DNA from: Candidatus Dojkabacteria bacterium
GTDB lineage: Bacteria > Patescibacteriota > Dojkabacteria > J137
Direction: 5' to 3'
DNA length: 64,000 bases
NCBI GenBank assembly: GCA_040006935.1
Contig: JBDTVZ010000001.1
Span: 423,772 to 487,771 of the forward strand
Below, one piece after another: positions 30,198 to 40,174 of this stretch. The translations under genes were made by a program, and so were the position numbers. The notes below the pieces were generated by a model. That model saw only the letters and a program-made list of their open reading frames with translations, made no database searches and was not told the DNA's origin. Within the stretch, counting starts at the first letter, position 1. The number at the start of each line of letters is the position of its first letter.

Positions 30198-31346
30198 TTA
30201 AATTATAGTCCCATTAATACCCCAAACGGAGTTTGTAAACAATAGAATTACTATTAATGCTGCAAGGAATATATATTCAAACCAAATATTTTTACCTAAC
30301 TTTGGTCTATTTTCTAATGCGATATTAAGTAGAATATAATAAATTACCGCCGCAGCTAATATCGAATATGCGCTTTGTATGGGCCAGATTGAAAGGACTA
30401 CAATTGCTAAAGCCATAACCAATGTTACTCCAATGGCCTTAAGAAAAATTTGGCTTGTGCTTAGTCCCTTTAAAAACCAGATTCCTGAGTAAGAGAAGTA
30501 CATTATAAAAGGGATAATAAACAAAAGTCTAAGAGCAATTTGTAAGTTAGCACCCAAGATAAATACCATCATTAAGTACGTTGAAATCAAGGAGAATATG
30601 AACTGCGTTGCTTTTGCTGCCTGTTCTAAAGGTAAAGTTATTTGCAAAGAACCGTTTAATATATTTGCAGTTAGGATTAATAGATAAATCAGTATCCCAT
30701 ACCCAAAAGATAAGCCCGCTGCGAAAATTATTTTATTAAATACACTATTGATTGTTAATAATATTGAGAGAGTTAGTATTAAATATGGCAATATTGCAAT
30801 GCTTGGATATAAACCAATAGTAATAACTGCGGTTTTCTTAACATTGAAGAACAATACCCAGAGATTTAATACAAAAAGGATGGAAATTATTAAGAAACTG
30901 TTAGACAAAATATAGGATATATTATCGTCGTGTGCTGGGATTTTGTTTTCAGTAAAGGATGATATCTTCTCACTCGCTCTTGCTTTAAAGGACACCCTGC
31001 TCGACTCTATATTTACTAGATCTCGTGCGACTACTGAGACATTATAATCTTTATCATTATCTATATTAGATATTAACGCTGTACTCTGTGTTTTATCTAC
31101 TTCTATAGGATCTTGTCCATCAACATAAACTATATATTTATTAACATCATCCTCTTTATTTAAATCCCAAGTTAAAGAGATTTCTTTATTTTTTTGCATC
31201 ACAATAATATTCTCGACTTTACTTGGAGGCGTAACTAACTCATATACATAACGATAAATAGGACTGACTATTAGAAAAAGTAATACGGAAGTACCTATAG
31301 TGGTTACAATCGCTCTTCCTCTAGTTCCAAGTTTTCTAAAAAACAT
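30198..31346 (-). CDS. membrane protein with a fibronectin type III domain and multiple TM helices
   Basis: LTWD...YIVY...YNVSVVARD...ES FN3 pattern; hydrophobic C-terminal half. Confidence 0.75.
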   Translation of the reverse strand: MFFRKLGTRGRAIVTTIGTSVLLFLIVSPIYRYVYELVTPPSKVENIIVMQKNKEISLTWDLNKEDDVNKYIVYVDGQDPIEVDKTQSTALISNIDNDKDYNVSVVARDLVNIESSRVSFKARASEKISSFTENKIPAHDDNISYILSNSFLIISILFVLNLWVLFFNVKKTAVITIGLYPSIAILPYLILTLSILLTINSVFNKIIFAAGLSFGYGILIYLLILTANILNGSLQITLPLEQAAKATQFIFSLISTYLMMVFILGANLQIALRLLFIIPFIMYFSYSGIWFLKGLSTSQIFLKAIGVTLVMALAIVVLSIWPIQSAYSILAAAVIYYILLNIALENRPKLGKNIWFEYIFLAALIVILLFTNSVWGINGTII

Positions 31347-31406
31347 ATTTATTTAATTAACTTATCAATTTTATAAAAACAACATCATAAAGTCCATCAG
31401 AAGATT

Positions 31407-32420
31407 TTACTCATCAGTGCTTACGAAGTTAAATAGCTTCATCCCTTTGTCTGTTACTACTCTACCTCTTGGGGTTCTTTTTAGAAACCCCTTTTTTATT
31501 AAAAATGGTTCGTAAACACTTTCTATTGTATCTGTTTCCTCGGAAAGTGATACAGATAAAGTTGAAAGTCCTACTGGCTTATTTCCAAAATCAAACAAAA
31601 TTATTTTTATTAAATTCCTATCTAAGTTATCTAAACCATCTTCATCTACTTCCAATAACTCTAAGGTTTCCCTTACTATATCTTTTTCTACTCTATCCAT
31701 TCCTTTAACAATAGCCATATCTCTTACTCTTTTTAATATTCTAATTGCAATCCTAGCAGTCATTCTTGCTCTTCTTGCAATTTCTTCTGCAGCATCAGAA
31801 TTTATCTTTACACCTAATTTACCAGCTTTTTGTATTACTAGATTTGTTAATTCCTCATTACTATAGAAGTCTAATCTAAAACTCATCCCAAACCTATCTC
31901 TTAGTGGCGCACTTAGCATAGATAATTTTGTAGTTGCACCAATTACTGTAAATTCTGGTAAATCTATTCTCAAAGTTTTCGCATTTGGTCCTTTACCAAT
32001 AATAATATCTAAAACTTTGTCTTCCATTGCAGGGTAAAGAACTTCCTCTATTTGAGTTTTAAGCCTGTGAATTTCATCGATAAATAAAATTGAATTTGGC
32101 TCTAAAGATGTAAGTATTGCTGCTAAATCCCCTACTTTATCCAATACAGAACCATTTGTAGAGTATATTTGCGTGCCCATCTCCTTGGCAATAACGTAGG
32201 CAAAACTAGTTTTACCAAGACCTGGGGGGCCATGAAATAGTATATGGTCTAGCGATTTCTTTCTCATTCGTGCTGATTCAATCATTAGATTCAAGCTCTT
32301 CTTTTCCAAATCTCTACCTATAATTTCATTAAAGTTCGAAGGTCTCAAAGAGGTTTCCAGGATCTCTTCACTCTCATTAACTGGCTTTGTTGATGTAATT
32401 AGGCTTTTGGTATCACTCAT
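31407..32420 (-). CDS. ruvB: Holliday junction helicase RuvB
   Basis: LRP, GPPGLGKT, FIDEIHR, RTPRGR. Confidence 0.97.
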   Translation of the reverse strand: MSDTKSLITSTKPVNESEEILETSLRPSNFNEIIGRDLEKKSLNLMIESARMRKKSLDHILFHGPPGLGKTSFAYVIAKEMGTQIYSTNGSVLDKVGDLAAILTSLEPNSILFIDEIHRLKTQIEEVLYPAMEDKVLDIIIGKGPNAKTLRIDLPEFTVIGATTKLSMLSAPLRDRFGMSFRLDFYSNEELTNLVIQKAGKLGVKINSDAAEEIARRARMTARIAIRILKRVRDMAIVKGMDRVEKDIVRETLELLEVDEDGLDNLDRNLIKIILFDFGNKPVGLSTLSVSLSEETDTIESVYEPFLIKKGFLKRTPRGRVVTDKGMKLFNFVSTDE

Positions 32421-33013
32421 TATATTTGTTTAAGAACTTTCTTTATAATATCTTGTGTTGAGTCCAATTCGGACATGTCCGAATGTTTTATTGCCTCCAC
32501 AGCATCTTGTTCTCTATAGCCAAGAGCAACTAATGCTGCGATCGCTTCCTTTGTATTCTGATTCATATTTACAACTTTAGCTGACGAAGAAGATTCTAAC
32601 ATTTTAAACTTATCGTTTATTTTATTTTTTAATTCAATTATTATCTTCTCTGCTGTTTTGAGCCCAACGCCCGTCACTTTCAATTTAGATGGATCACCCA
32701 TATTAATTGAACTCACAATTTGCTCTATTCCAATTTCAAAAACCATATTTTGTGCTGTTCGTGGGCCTACTCCGGATACATCTAAGAGTGTATTGAACAT
32801 TTTTTGAGAATTAGAGTCTAGAAAACCCCAAAGACTAATATCATTTTCTCTTACTATCATTTGTGTAAAGACTTCAATTTCTTGACCTTCAGTTAGGATT
32901 ACACTACTTATCTTGTTTAAGGGCAGATTTATTAAGTAGCCTATATTATCATTTAGAACTGAAATTGAATTCTCGTTTATCGTAAGAATCTTTCCTTTTA
33001 TATAAGAGATCAT
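32420..33013 (-). CDS. ruvA: Holliday junction branch migration protein RuvA
   Basis: MISYIKG, VSGVGPRTA, ALVALGY. Confidence 0.96.
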   Translation of the reverse strand: MISYIKGKILTINENSISVLNDNIGYLINLPLNKISSVILTEGQEIEVFTQMIVRENDISLWGFLDSNSQKMFNTLLDVSGVGPRTAQNMVFEIGIEQIVSSINMGDPSKLKVTGVGLKTAEKIIIELKNKINDKFKMLESSSSAKVVNMNQNTKEAIAALVALGYREQDAVEAIKHSDMSELDSTQDIIKKVLKQI

Positions 33014-33029
33014 TGTAAATTAATAAAAG

Positions 33030-33527
33030 CTACTTACTTAATTTTAACTCATTATAGTGAATACTGTTTAAATGGCATACAGCTATTGCTACAGCATCCG
33101 CTGCATCATCAGGCTTTGGAACTTCTTTTAATTTAAATATAAGTTTTACCATCTTCTGAACTTGAGCTTTCTCTGCTCTACCATAACCTGTTACTGCAGT
33201 TTTTACTTGTAGTGGTGTATAGTTATAAACTGGTAAATTATTCTTATTTCCTGCTAGAAGTATAACTCCTCTAACCATTCCAACTTTAATTATCGTCTTT
33301 TCATTTTTAAAGAAGAAAAGATCCTCTACACTCATGCAATCTGGTGAAAAAAGAGCTATAAGCTCATTTAAAGCCTCATAAACCTGCTTTAACCTATATG
33401 AGATCTCTTCCGTACTTTTTGTTGTTATAACTCCACAATCAATTAACTTTAATTCACCTATAGTTGTTTTTTCAACTATAGACCAGCCGCAAATTGCAAA
33501 ACCTACATCAATACCTATTACTATCAT
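33030..33527 (-). CDS. ruvC: crossover junction endodeoxyribonuclease RuvC
   Basis: IGIDVG, VTGYGRAEKAQV, PDDAADA. Confidence 0.96.
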   Translation of the reverse strand: MIVIGIDVGFAICGWSIVEKTTIGELKLIDCGVITTKSTEEISYRLKQVYEALNELIALFSPDCMSVEDLFFFKNEKTIIKVGMVRGVILLAGNKNNLPVYNYTPLQVKTAVTGYGRAEKAQVQKMVKLIFKLKEVPKPDDAADAVAIAVCHLNSIHYNELKLSK

Positions 33528-33543
33528 TATGATGATTTAAGAT

Positions 33544-34296
33544 TTATTGGATGTTAGTCCAGACATTAGTAACTTCAGATACTTCTTCTATTTTCTCGAT
33601 CAAACTCTCTGCTCTGCTTAAATCTTCTTCCCTTAATTCTAATAAATTCTTAGTTTGCATTATAAGCTTCGCTTCCATAATCTTAGCATTCATGTTCGAT
33701 GCAACCTCAACAATCTTACTATAGGCATCTCTAAATAAATTTTTATCTATTATTAATACTACAGAGGCAGTATCCTCTGTTTGTTCGGATTCGATATCCT
33801 CAATGCCTTGAATATCAAGTAGGTTCTCTTCGAGAGTTTGAATTTTGGTAGAGTCACCTTCAATATTTATAAAACCAACTTCAGAAAACTGCCAAGATAT
33901 AGAGCCTTCATTTGCCATCTTTCCACCGTTTTTATTAATTATTGTTTTGATATCTGTTAACGTTCGATTGGAATTATCACTTTCAGTATCTATTAGAATG
34001 CTAAAACCACCTGGTCCATAAGCCTCGTATGTATTTTCAGAAATAACGTCATCTCCTGACGAAGTTCCTCCTAAACCTCTTTTTACTGCACGCTCTATTC
34101 TATCATTTGTCATATTTGCCTCTTTTGCTTTAGAAATAGCAAGCCTAAGCATTGGATTAAAATTTGGATCCGAAGATCCACCAACTTTCACGGAGGTAAT
34201 GATGTCTTTAGATATCTTAGAAAGCAATGCTCCCTTTTTGGCATCCACAAGACCTTTTGTATGTTTTAACTTTGCCCATTTTGAATGGCCAGCCAT
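33544..34296 (-). CDS. yebC: YebC/PmpR family protein
   Basis: MAGHSKW, YEAYGPGG, DNSNRT. Confidence 0.93.
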   Translation of the reverse strand: MAGHSKWAKLKHTKGLVDAKKGALLSKISKDIITSVKVGGSSDPNFNPMLRLAISKAKEANMTNDRIERAVKRGLGGTSSGDDVISENTYEAYGPGGFSILIDTESDNSNRTLTDIKTIINKNGGKMANEGSISWQFSEVGFINIEGDSTKIQTLEENLLDIQGIEDIESEQTEDTASVVLIIDKNLFRDAYSKIVEVASNMNAKIMEAKLIMQTKNLLELREEDLSRAESLIEKIEEVSEVTNVWTNIQ

Positions 34297-34329
34297 AATC
34301 AATTAGAAATTAAAAGTTATCAATTAAAA

Positions 34330-34412
34330 GATCCTTCGGCAAGCTCAGATGACAATTTGCCATGGTAAGCTTGTCTTGTCGGTCGCAGACATTTACGACA
34401 GGCAGGTCGAAT
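34330..34412. repeat. partial palindromic repeat mosaic
   Basis: CCTTCGGCAAGCTCAGATGACA half-element plus a GGCAGG-ended hairpin. Confidence 0.55.
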
Positions 34413-34421
34413 CATAATCGA

Positions 34422-35780
34422 TTAAATATCCACGGAATCCTTACCCATGACCAATATTAGATCTCCTGAGTAATTATATTTATAATCCTCAAATGTGATT
34501 TTAACATTGCCTCTCAAAATTTTCTGAATCATAATAATATTATTTTTATATAAATCCACGTTTTTTGATGGCACATAAAGCAGAGTTGTTTGAACATCAC
34601 TTAAAGGATAGTTACCAAATTTAACAACATTTGCCCCAAGGTTCTGGAAAAATCTTCTTCGATTTCCTGCTAGTCCAGGTTGATCTGTTGCATTATAAAC
34701 TTCAATTGCTGCCTGCTCTTTCATAATATCTATATCTCGATAATATGCGCTTATATTCTCATCCATAAGGTTAAAGTCAGGATCCACACTTTTATCTAAT
34801 GGGTCGCCCTGATGCGTTCCATATTTATCGGATAGGAATCTACTATTTGAAAACACTATCTCGCTTGCATCTAAGTTGGATAGAAACCCTATGTACTCTT
34901 CTCTAGTTAAGTTGGTATTAAAAATATTACTAAAATCTTTAAAAGAAATTAAATTTCTAATATTTTTAATAGGTCCTTTTATTCCCTCCAAAAATGACTT
35001 TTGGAAATTTATTTGTCTTATAGTAATTACATCTCTGTCCTGAGTTTTATCAAAAAGGTAGTTAAAAAGATCATCACCTGCGAGTATATCTCCTTGTGTA
35101 AAAAGCCTACCATCGATAGAAAATGTATCCCGGGCTACATCAGTTATTTTATTATCATTAATATAGTTTTTGAGATTATCAGTATCGAATGCAACGTACC
35201 TATCGAGTCGAAGACCAAGATATTTTTGAATTTCTGTAATTACAGAATCAATCTTTGGGATACTATCATCTGTTTGAATATTGTTCCAAATACTTTCTAT
35301 CGTTACTTCCTCACCATCAAGTTCCAATTTGAAATTCGGACTTATTCCATATACTTTGACAAGCGAATTTTTAGAATCCACAGAAACGATATTTAAATAT
35401 TTTACATATTTATATGAATTGAGCCTACTCTCGAAACCTATATACGCTATGTTTATTGAAGAGTCAAATACTCTCTTTCTATAATTATCCGAACCCACAG
35501 TTAAGTAACCTTTTGGACTTATTGCAAAGTAAACTGTAAAGCTATAAATAATTAGGATTACTAATAGTAGAATGAATGTTGGAATTAGTAAGCCTCGAGT
35601 ATTTTTTGGAAGAGTTATTTTTGGTATTTTAAGTTTTCCTGTTGGTAATTCTTTTTTTTGAGTTGATCGGATTGAACGTAAGGACTTAACTATAGCGTTG
35701 GAAATTTTAGTATTTCTAAAATAAAAAAATATTTTATTTAGAATACTATTATTTTTTAAATTCGATTTATGTTTAGTCAC
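34422..35780 (-). CDS. LCP (LytR-CpsA-Psr)-like protein with LytR C-terminal domain
   Basis: single TM; LGLRLDRYV; IEVYNATDQPGLA...DLILVMGKD. Confidence 0.75.
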   Translation of the reverse strand: MTKHKSNLKNNSILNKIFFYFRNTKISNAIVKSLRSIRSTQKKELPTGKLKIPKITLPKNTRGLLIPTFILLLVILIIYSFTVYFAISPKGYLTVGSDNYRKRVFDSSINIAYIGFESRLNSYKYVKYLNIVSVDSKNSLVKVYGISPNFKLELDGEEVTIESIWNNIQTDDSIPKIDSVITEIQKYLGLRLDRYVAFDTDNLKNYINDNKITDVARDTFSIDGRLFTQGDILAGDDLFNYLFDKTQDRDVITIRQINFQKSFLEGIKGPIKNIRNLISFKDFSNIFNTNLTREEYIGFLSNLDASEIVFSNSRFLSDKYGTHQGDPLDKSVDPDFNLMDENISAYYRDIDIMKEQAAIEVYNATDQPGLAGNRRRFFQNLGANVVKFGNYPLSDVQTTLLYVPSKNVDLYKNNIIMIQKILRGNVKITFEDYKYNYSGDLILVMGKDSVDI

Positions 35781-35867
35781 TAAAGCAACTTAAAATTAAG
35801 GCGTATATTTATTATACGCCAATAGATGTGGAATGATAATTATAAACGGTGAGATTTAGCTGAAAGT

Positions 35868-36683
35868 TCAACCTTCTGTTCCTTTTTCTTCTATTGTTTT
35901 ATCATCTGAAGCAGATTCATTTACAGTAACCTCTTCTTTTTCAATTGAAGATTCATTTTTTTTCTCTACTGGAGTAGATTCAGCGGGAACTTCTTCTCTA
36001 TTCTCTTTTCTTTTTTCTTCACTACCTTCATTTTTTTCAGCCACAGGCTGATCCGCCTTGGGCAGAAGTTCTTTAATTTCTTCATTCTTTTTTCCTTCTT
36101 TCTTTCTAGAAAATTTTTTCATGGATAAAGTTACTTTAGTTTTTGCTCCATTAATCTTATTTTTAGCTGCACTTTTTACATTTCCAAATTTACTGCCAAT
36201 ACTGGGTTTAACTTCTTTTACTTCAACAACTTCTGCTAATTTTACTTCTGGAGTTTTTTCTTTTACGACCATATTCTCATCATTAGATTTCCAATCTAGA
36301 TCGATATTTAAGTTTGAATCTTTTTCTGCTTTTGGATTTGCTACTTTAAGTTGAAGTGATATTTTAAAACCGTCTTCTCCAATAAAATTTACTATAGGGA
36401 CATTTACACCACCTAAATCCTGTGTACTATCTTCTGAATGCATAAAGAATACATGTTCATCCTCAACTTCTGGCCTGATAATTATGTAGAAAAGTAATGC
36501 AGGGAAATTCAATATGAAGACCAATAGAAAGAATATTATGCCTAACTGCTTGCTCTTGTATCTTTTTCTAGCATCCATGTATACCCATAAACAAATTAAT
36601 ACCCAAAGTGTTGCTAAATATAATCCAACAAAAAGAAGAATTTTTTGGAAGTCGATAGCAAGAACGGTGTTTAGAATATCCAT
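35868..36683 (-). CDS. hypothetical membrane protein with charged tail
   Basis: two N-terminal TMs, WVYMDARKR...YIIIRP; E/K-rich C-terminus. Confidence 0.7.
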   Translation of the reverse strand: MDILNTVLAIDFQKILLFVGLYLATLWVLICLWVYMDARKRYKSKQLGIIFFLLVFILNFPALLFYIIIRPEVEDEHVFFMHSEDSTQDLGGVNVPIVNFIGEDGFKISLQLKVANPKAEKDSNLNIDLDWKSNDENMVVKEKTPEVKLAEVVEVKEVKPSIGSKFGNVKSAAKNKINGAKTKVTLSMKKFSRKKEGKKNEEIKELLPKADQPVAEKNEGSEEKRKENREEVPAESTPVEKKNESSIEKEEVTVNESASDDKTIEEKGTEG

Positions 36684-36880
36684 GATTTAGAAATTGAGAA
36701 ATAATGTATAAATTAGCTAGAGAATTGTAACAGGTTTGTATGGATTTTTGTATATACTATTTCGGAGAAAATTTAAAGTTAATGATTACTTAATTAAGTA
36801 AACTTTTTGATTTGTCAAATCCACTTGACTTAAGAATTTTAAGTATTAAAATCGTGTTAAATATTTTTTAGTTCAAATTT

Positions 36881-37357
36881 ATGAATATGCCTGATTTTGG
36901 AATGGATGATATACCTCAAATTTTAAAACCTAGTCACGGGTCTCACACACTAGCTGAGGTTTTAGGAGTAGAAGAATATACACAGATAGGAAAAACTGAA
37001 CAAGGCAATTTTGACCCTGCTTTACGTTCCTTTTTTTCAACTTTGATCACAAATGAGAATGCTTCTGAGAGTGAAAAAGCATATGGAATAGTACTTCAAT
37101 CATTTATGGATAATTTACCTATGATAACAGTCTCTACTTTACAAGAATATATCCAAGGAATGATTACCGATGATTCATCAAAAGGTAAATTCACGCGTGC
37201 AAGAGAAGTTATAAGAACTATATTATTAGAAAGAAACTTTGATTTTCCCAGAGTTGTAAAAACACCTTTTGGAGCAGAAATGCCAGATTTAAAAAATGAC
37301 ACTTTGATATCTCTTTTTAAAGAACTGTCTATTGCTCTAGGAGGAATAAATCGTTAG
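36881..37357 (+). CDS. hypothetical protein
   Basis: 158 aa; TTGACT-16 nt-TAAAAT at 36825-36852. Confidence 0.65.
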   Translation: MNMPDFGMDDIPQILKPSHGSHTLAEVLGVEEYTQIGKTEQGNFDPALRSFFSTLITNENASESEKAYGIVLQSFMDNLPMITVSTLQEYIQGMITDDSSKGKFTRAREVIRTILLERNFDFPRVVKTPFGAEMPDLKNDTLISLFKELSIALGGINR

Positions 37358-37459
37358 ATAATCAAATAGGAGGACTCCATTCTAGAAATGCCTTCACATC
37401 TTTGATTATAATAAATACCGAAAGTGGGACTTCCCTTTAGTGTTAATTTAGTTTCAACA

Positions 37460-37544
37460 TACCGAGGGAGGGACTCGAACCCTCACGAAGTTTGATCTTC
37501 ACCAGATTTTGAGTCTGACGTGTCTACCATTCCACCACCCCGGC
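37460..37544 (-). tRNA. tRNA-Leu(CAA), CCA not encoded
   Basis: GCCGGGG...TCAGA-CTCAAAA-TCTGG, long variable arm, GTTCGAGTC T-loop. Confidence 0.95.
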
Positions 37545-37660
37545 ATTTTTATCTTCCACATAACCTTCCCCTTAATTCTTACACTTTGCTTTCCAACTCT
37601 CCTGAAATCGACAATTATAAATTAAGAATTAAAAGAAGAATAGCAACTTGAGATTCTCTC

Positions 37661-38995
37661 TTAATTATCTTGCTCCACATCATAATACTTCTGCTTTGCA
37701 CCAACGAATTTTAACTTAAATCTTCCCGTTGGTCCATTTCTATGTTTCGCAATAAATATATCCACTTTGAATTCTGCTTCATGTTCTGTTACCTCTTCAT
37801 TTAATTCTCTTGCTAAGAATATTACTAAATCTGCGTCCTGCTCAATGCTTCCGGATTCCCTAAGGTCTGATAATTGTGGGATTTTATCCTGCCTGTTTTC
37901 CACTGCTCTATTTAATTGAGATAATGCAATGATTGGAATGTTCAACTCTCTCGCTAGTATCTTCAAAGATCTTGAGATCTCACCCACTTCCTGTGCTCTA
38001 TTATCTGAGCTTATTTTTCCTGTTCCTTGCATTAGCTGAAGATAGTCAATGATAATAAGGTTCAAATCATGCTCCATCATCAATTTTCTTGCTTTGCTTC
38101 TAAGCTGTATAATATTAATTCCTGGAGTATCATCAATAAATATTTTCGCATCTGCTAATTTTCCTGCTCCTTCTGAGTATCTTTTAAAATCGTCATCACT
38201 CATTTTTCCCATTCTTAAGTTCCAAAGATTCACTTGGATCTGTTGGGCTAGCATTCTCTCTATTACTTGGATCGCAGGCATTTCTAGTGAAAATATTGCA
38301 ATAGTCTTTTTTTCATGTACTGCTATATGCCTTGCTATATCAAAACTGAAAGCAGATTTACCAACACTTGGCCTAGCAGCAAGAATAATTAAATCAGAAT
38401 TTTGAAGCCCACCTAACATTTTATCCACTGCATTTAATCCAGTGGACATACCTCGCAATGCATCTGGGTTTTTAGCAAATTCATCTGCCCTCTTCATTTG
38501 CATTTCTAAAAGCGTTGCAGAATCCAGAAAGTCTGTTTTTGCATTATCTTTGGAAATACTTAAAACATTCTTTTCTATTGAATCAAGAACATCATCGATT
38601 TCATTTGTTGCGTCTCTCGAAAGTTTTTCTAATTCTCCACTATAAGTTATCAAATGCCTTCGGACTGCAGTTTCTTTAACTATTCTTGCATACTCTTCAA
38701 CGTTTGCAGCAGTAGGGATTGTTGAGACGATTTCAGATATGTACTCTGTTCCACCAGCTTGCCTAACTTTATTCATTTTCGAAAGCTCTGCGTTTACAGT
38801 AATTACATCGATTGGTCTGGCTTTAACGTTCAGTTTTATAATTACTTCGAAGAGCATTTGATGCCTTGGGTCGTAGAAGTGTTCCGGACGAACAATTTCC
38901 AAAATTTTGTTAATTGCCTCCGTGTCTATTAGAACAGAAGCTATAACAGCTTTTTCCGCATCTAAATTTTGTGGAGGGATTCTTAGATTGTCCAT
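37661..38995 (-). CDS. dnaB: replicative DNA helicase DnaB
   Basis: AARPSVGKS, IDYLQLM, LSQLNR, DLRESGSIEQDAD, KHRNGPTG. Confidence 0.97.
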   Translation of the reverse strand: MDNLRIPPQNLDAEKAVIASVLIDTEAINKILEIVRPEHFYDPRHQMLFEVIIKLNVKARPIDVITVNAELSKMNKVRQAGGTEYISEIVSTIPTAANVEEYARIVKETAVRRHLITYSGELEKLSRDATNEIDDVLDSIEKNVLSISKDNAKTDFLDSATLLEMQMKRADEFAKNPDALRGMSTGLNAVDKMLGGLQNSDLIILAARPSVGKSAFSFDIARHIAVHEKKTIAIFSLEMPAIQVIERMLAQQIQVNLWNLRMGKMSDDDFKRYSEGAGKLADAKIFIDDTPGINIIQLRSKARKLMMEHDLNLIIIDYLQLMQGTGKISSDNRAQEVGEISRSLKILARELNIPIIALSQLNRAVENRQDKIPQLSDLRESGSIEQDADLVIFLARELNEEVTEHEAEFKVDIFIAKHRNGPTGRFKLKFVGAKQKYYDVEQDN

Positions 38996-39004
38996 CTAAT
39001 TAAT

Positions 39005-39529
39005 TTAGTTTAAGCTCAAAACTTCAGCAGTTTTATTTTCGTCTTCTAGAGTTTCGAAATCACTCTCTTTAAATTTAAATTGTTTTGCTTTCTCAACTTG
39101 AGTAACGCCCATCTTTTTGATTCCAGCTTCGTCTAGTTCTGTTCCAAAAAGAATTACTTTTGATGGGTCAATTTTATTTGTGATTTCTTTTAGGTTATCG
39201 GTAAAAGTTATAACTAAAAGGTCTACAAAAGCAAGAGTTTTTACCCATTCATATAAATCTTCATTTACATTGCTTACGTAAAGAACTTTTACTCCATCTA
39301 AATTGAAGAAAGCTGTATTTAAAAGTCCTTTTTTAACTTCTACACCTAATTCTCTACCCACAACTTCTACACCACCTATTTCAAACTCCCCTGGTCTTTC
39401 TATCTTTTCAATTTTGACATCATATTTTACATCTATGACTAAATTCTCAGCATTTTTGGAAACTTCTATAGAAACTCCACTATCTTGAGTATTTAAAATT
39501 AAGTTTCCACTACTTTTAGCTATTTGCAT
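39005..39529 (-). CDS. degenerate MBL-fold-like protein
   Basis: PGEFEIGGV motif; no HxHxDH metal motif. Confidence 0.5.
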   Translation of the reverse strand: MQIAKSSGNLILNTQDSGVSIEVSKNAENLVIDVKYDVKIEKIERPGEFEIGGVEVVGRELGVEVKKGLLNTAFFNLDGVKVLYVSNVNEDLYEWVKTLAFVDLLVITFTDNLKEITNKIDPSKVILFGTELDEAGIKKMGVTQVEKAKQFKFKESDFETLEDENKTAEVLSLN

Positions 39530-39614
39530 AATCTACGTTTAAAATTTAATTAATTAAGCCTTTACTAATTGGCATTTAACAGATATAATTGTAGCACTAT
39601 TTAACGGTATTTAT

Positions 39615-39926
39615 ATGAAAAAAGGAATTCACCCAGTATTTTACAAGGAAGCTAAAATAGTTTGCAATAGTTGCAATACTGTCTATGTGCTTGGATCTAC
39701 TACTCAAGAACTTAAAGTTGAACTTTGCTCTAATTGCCATCCTTTCTATACAGGCAAGGAGATTTTAGTAGACAGAGAAAACCTTGTTGAGAAATTTAAT
39801 AAGAAGAAAGAACTAGCAACTAAATTTGCTAAAGAAGCTCCTAAAAAGAAAGATAGAAAATCTAATAGATCTGCAGCTCCAGGAGCTCCATTGTCTCTAA
39901 AAGATATGCTTTCTTCAATTAAGTAA
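39615..39926 (+). CDS. rpmE: 50S ribosomal protein L31
   Basis: MKKGIHP, CSNCHPFYTG. Confidence 0.96.
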   Translation: MKKGIHPVFYKEAKIVCNSCNTVYVLGSTTQELKVELCSNCHPFYTGKEILVDRENLVEKFNKKKELATKFAKEAPKKKDRKSNRSAAPGAPLSLKDMLSSIK

Positions 39927-39962
39927 AACCCTTAATGAACGCAGTGAATCTTAGGTTTTTCT

Positions 39963-40158
39963 TATCCTGAGCGACACTGAGCTTGTCGAAGTGAAGTCGA
40001 AGGATCTGGCTCTAATAAACTAGAATTAAAAAGGATCTGTAATTTGTATTACGGATCCTTTATTGTTATCTTTAATAAGAAATTCCCTCTCCTTTTAAGG
40101 AGAGGGTTAGGGTGAGGTCATACCGCCCAAAAAACAAGATATAGATTTTGGGCGGTCC
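39963..40158. repeat. composite palindromic repeat between rpmE and prfA
   Basis: ATCCTGAGC...GAAGGATC half-element; 47-bp identity with 4804-4850; 38-bp module at 40121-40158. Confidence 0.8.
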
Positions 40159-40174
40159 ATTTTATTAGGAAACT

